DNA of 62,790 nucleotides from Atractiella rhizophila (Eukaryota): NCBI GenBank assembly GCA_021432655.1, contig MU271180.1, positions 232,980 to 295,769 of the forward strand, read 5' to 3'. Shown piece by piece: positions 60,648 to 62,790 of this stretch (position 1 is its first letter; each line of letters starts with the position of its first letter). The notes under the pieces were generated by a model. It saw only the letters and a program-made list of their open reading frames with translations, ran no database searches and was not told where the DNA came from. The position numbers and the translations under genes were made by a program.

Positions 60648-62790
60648 ATGCGGCCTACAGTCCCTCGAACTCTGCGGCCCATAGTCCCAGCCTTCCGTTA
60701 CCGTGACTGTCACCATGGCGCGAGTCGCGAGTATGAAGGAACGAAACGACGCGCTTCCACCTCCTCCACCTCCCGCGCCACATCTAAGGTCACATTCACA
60801 GGCATGTCGAATGTCGGCTTGAGTCCTTCGCAGATCGAGGTGCGCGAAGGAGTCGCAGCTGTTTGTAAGCGGTTTCCAGACGAGTTTTGGATGGACAAGG
60901 ATCGGTTCGTACTTTATTCTTGCTCCTCATGTGCTGTACCCATCTGACGACTGGTGATTCTGGCATTCGTTGCTGCCGCAGCAAGGCAGAATATGCCCCG
61001 GAGCTCCATCGAGCTATGGCCGACGCTGGCTTCTTAGGCATATGCATGTGAGTTCACCCCCTTCCTCCTTCTGTCGATTTGCTTTTGGGATCCACCGCTG
61101 ATGATAGTTTGTGCGTGCAGGCCAGAGGAACTCGGAGGCTCGAACCTCGGCATTGCTGAAGCCGCAATTATGCTCCTCGCCATCGCAGAGTCCGGTGCTG
61201 GAATTGCTGGAGCTCAAACACTCCATGCGAGCATTTACGCGACTGTGCCTTTGTGGAAGTTTGGGACGGAGGAGCAAAAGAGCAGGTAGCCCTATATTCT
61301 CTTTCTCATTTCCTTCCACCTCCATTTCCCCCGTTTGTCGGTGACGATATTTTTGAGCTGATCAAGCTGTACTTTGAATGGACAGATACCTTCCTGGTAT
61401 CATCGATGGGACCACCAAGGTCTGCTTCGGAGTAACAGAGCCGGATTCAGGATTGGACACTTTGAATTTGAGGACGCAAGCCGTGAAGGTGGAAGATGGG
61501 ACGAAGTATGTAGTGAATGGACAAAAAGTGTAGGTTTCTCTGACTACACCACTGTATAAACTGTGTCCTAATCCCTGAAGTGAAGCTGGATCACGCACGC
61601 TCAACATGCATCACGGATGATACTGCTAGCACGAACCTCTCCAATTTCAACTACATCAGGTTCAAGCTCCAAAGGACTCTCTCTCTTCTGTGCAGACCTC
61701 TTAGAAGGTGCGTTTCTCTTCCCAGTTTTGAGCAATTGGTTCAAAGCTAAGCTCTGAGTGCTGATAGACAAGGAGCAGGCAGACGCAGCGGTGCGGTGAC
61801 CGTCACCCCTTTATCGAAGATGGGAGGCAAAGCGATAGACGCGAACCAGGTCTTTATGTCCGGATGGGAAGTGCCTAAGGAAGATTTGGTAGGAGTCGAA
61901 GGTGAAGGGTTTAAAACTATCCTGTATGGGATGAATGCGGAGAGGTGTCTGTTGGCTGGAGAAGCATTGGGATTAGGTCGAGAAGTTTTACCCACCCTTG
62001 TTGTCCTTTCTAATGATGGTGGATGCAGGTTATGCCGCACTTCGTCGTGCGTAAGCACGTCCACTTACTTTCCAATACTGCCCTCCTACTGACGAGCGTC
62101 GACAAAGCGTGGAGTACGCCAATACTCGACACGTCTTCGGTCGGCCAATTGGGATGAACCAAGGCCTGCAGCATCCGCTTGCGCAGAACTGGTGCGAGTT
62201 AGAAGGAGCAAAGATGCTCCTTTTACAAGCTGCTCAAGGTATGCCCCAAATCTTCTCTACCTTGCCATCGTCTGAAATGAAGGAGGTTACTGAGAGGGCA
62301 CTGTTATTGCAGGATTCGATCGAGTTTTTGGTCGTGGAGAAGGCGGTGCGATGGAGAGAGAGGAGGTCGGCGGATTGTGTAATGCTGCCAAATATCTCGC
62401 TGCGTTCGTTCGTCCCTTCTCCTGCCTCCGGGAGTTCATCGAGTATCGTACAGTGAGGCGGCTCATAAAGCTTGCGACCAAGCCAGTACGCGTCCCACAT
62501 TCTTGCTTCAACTGCAACTGAGTGACGCTGTACTCCTCTGCTAGTACTCACTCACGGAGGGATGGGATACTCCACGGAGTTGTACGCGTCTCCTTGCTCC
62601 TTCTAACAGGCTGATTCTCACTCTTCCTTTCCCTTCAGCCACGTCGAACGGTGCGTCTTCATTCCTTCGAACCCCACAACTATCCTAGCTGAAGAGAGAG
62701 TTATAGGTACCTGAGAGAGTCCTACGTTCCCCGTTTGGCCCCTGTATCGCGGGAGATGGTGTTGAATTACATTGGACAGAGGATCCTAGG
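60648..62790 (+). CDS. Acyl-CoA dehydrogenase with likely mitochondrial presequence; runs off the window end
   Basis: PEELGGSNLG, FGTEEQK, CFGVTEPDSGLD, YVVNGQK, GMNAERCLLA, YANTRHVFGRPIGMNQGLQHPLA, THGGMGYS. Confidence 0.93.

Overview
Fungal genomic DNA, basidiomycete-like (short GT-AG introns, FunK1 kinases, Plavaka/CACTA/hAT/Helitron elements); species not determinable by eye. The first ~49 kb is a transposon-rich, segmentally duplicated accessory region; the last ~13 kb is mostly ordinary genes (O-methyltransferase, cytochrome c1 heme lyase, acyl-CoA dehydrogenase). Main observations: (1) an array of mosaic FunK1-type kinase paralogs; (2) two of them are followed by a three-exon 57-aa secreted prepropeptide that the ORF track misses, with predicted mature peptide SCCGELPYTCCIVGSCCG (three CC pairs) and only synonymous differences between copies; (3) a complete 7,158-bp Plavaka-type DNA transposon whose TIRs and 2-bp TSD can be read because the empty site is present in a paralogous segment; (4) four solo LTRs of one family, two with perfect 5-bp TSDs; (5) a ~5.6-kb block after the 25-N gap that is mirror sequence (complemented-only and reversed-only), almost certainly an assembly artefact, which when decoded supplies the missing parts of a BTB-domain gene. 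All family calls come from motifs recognised by eye, not database searches.
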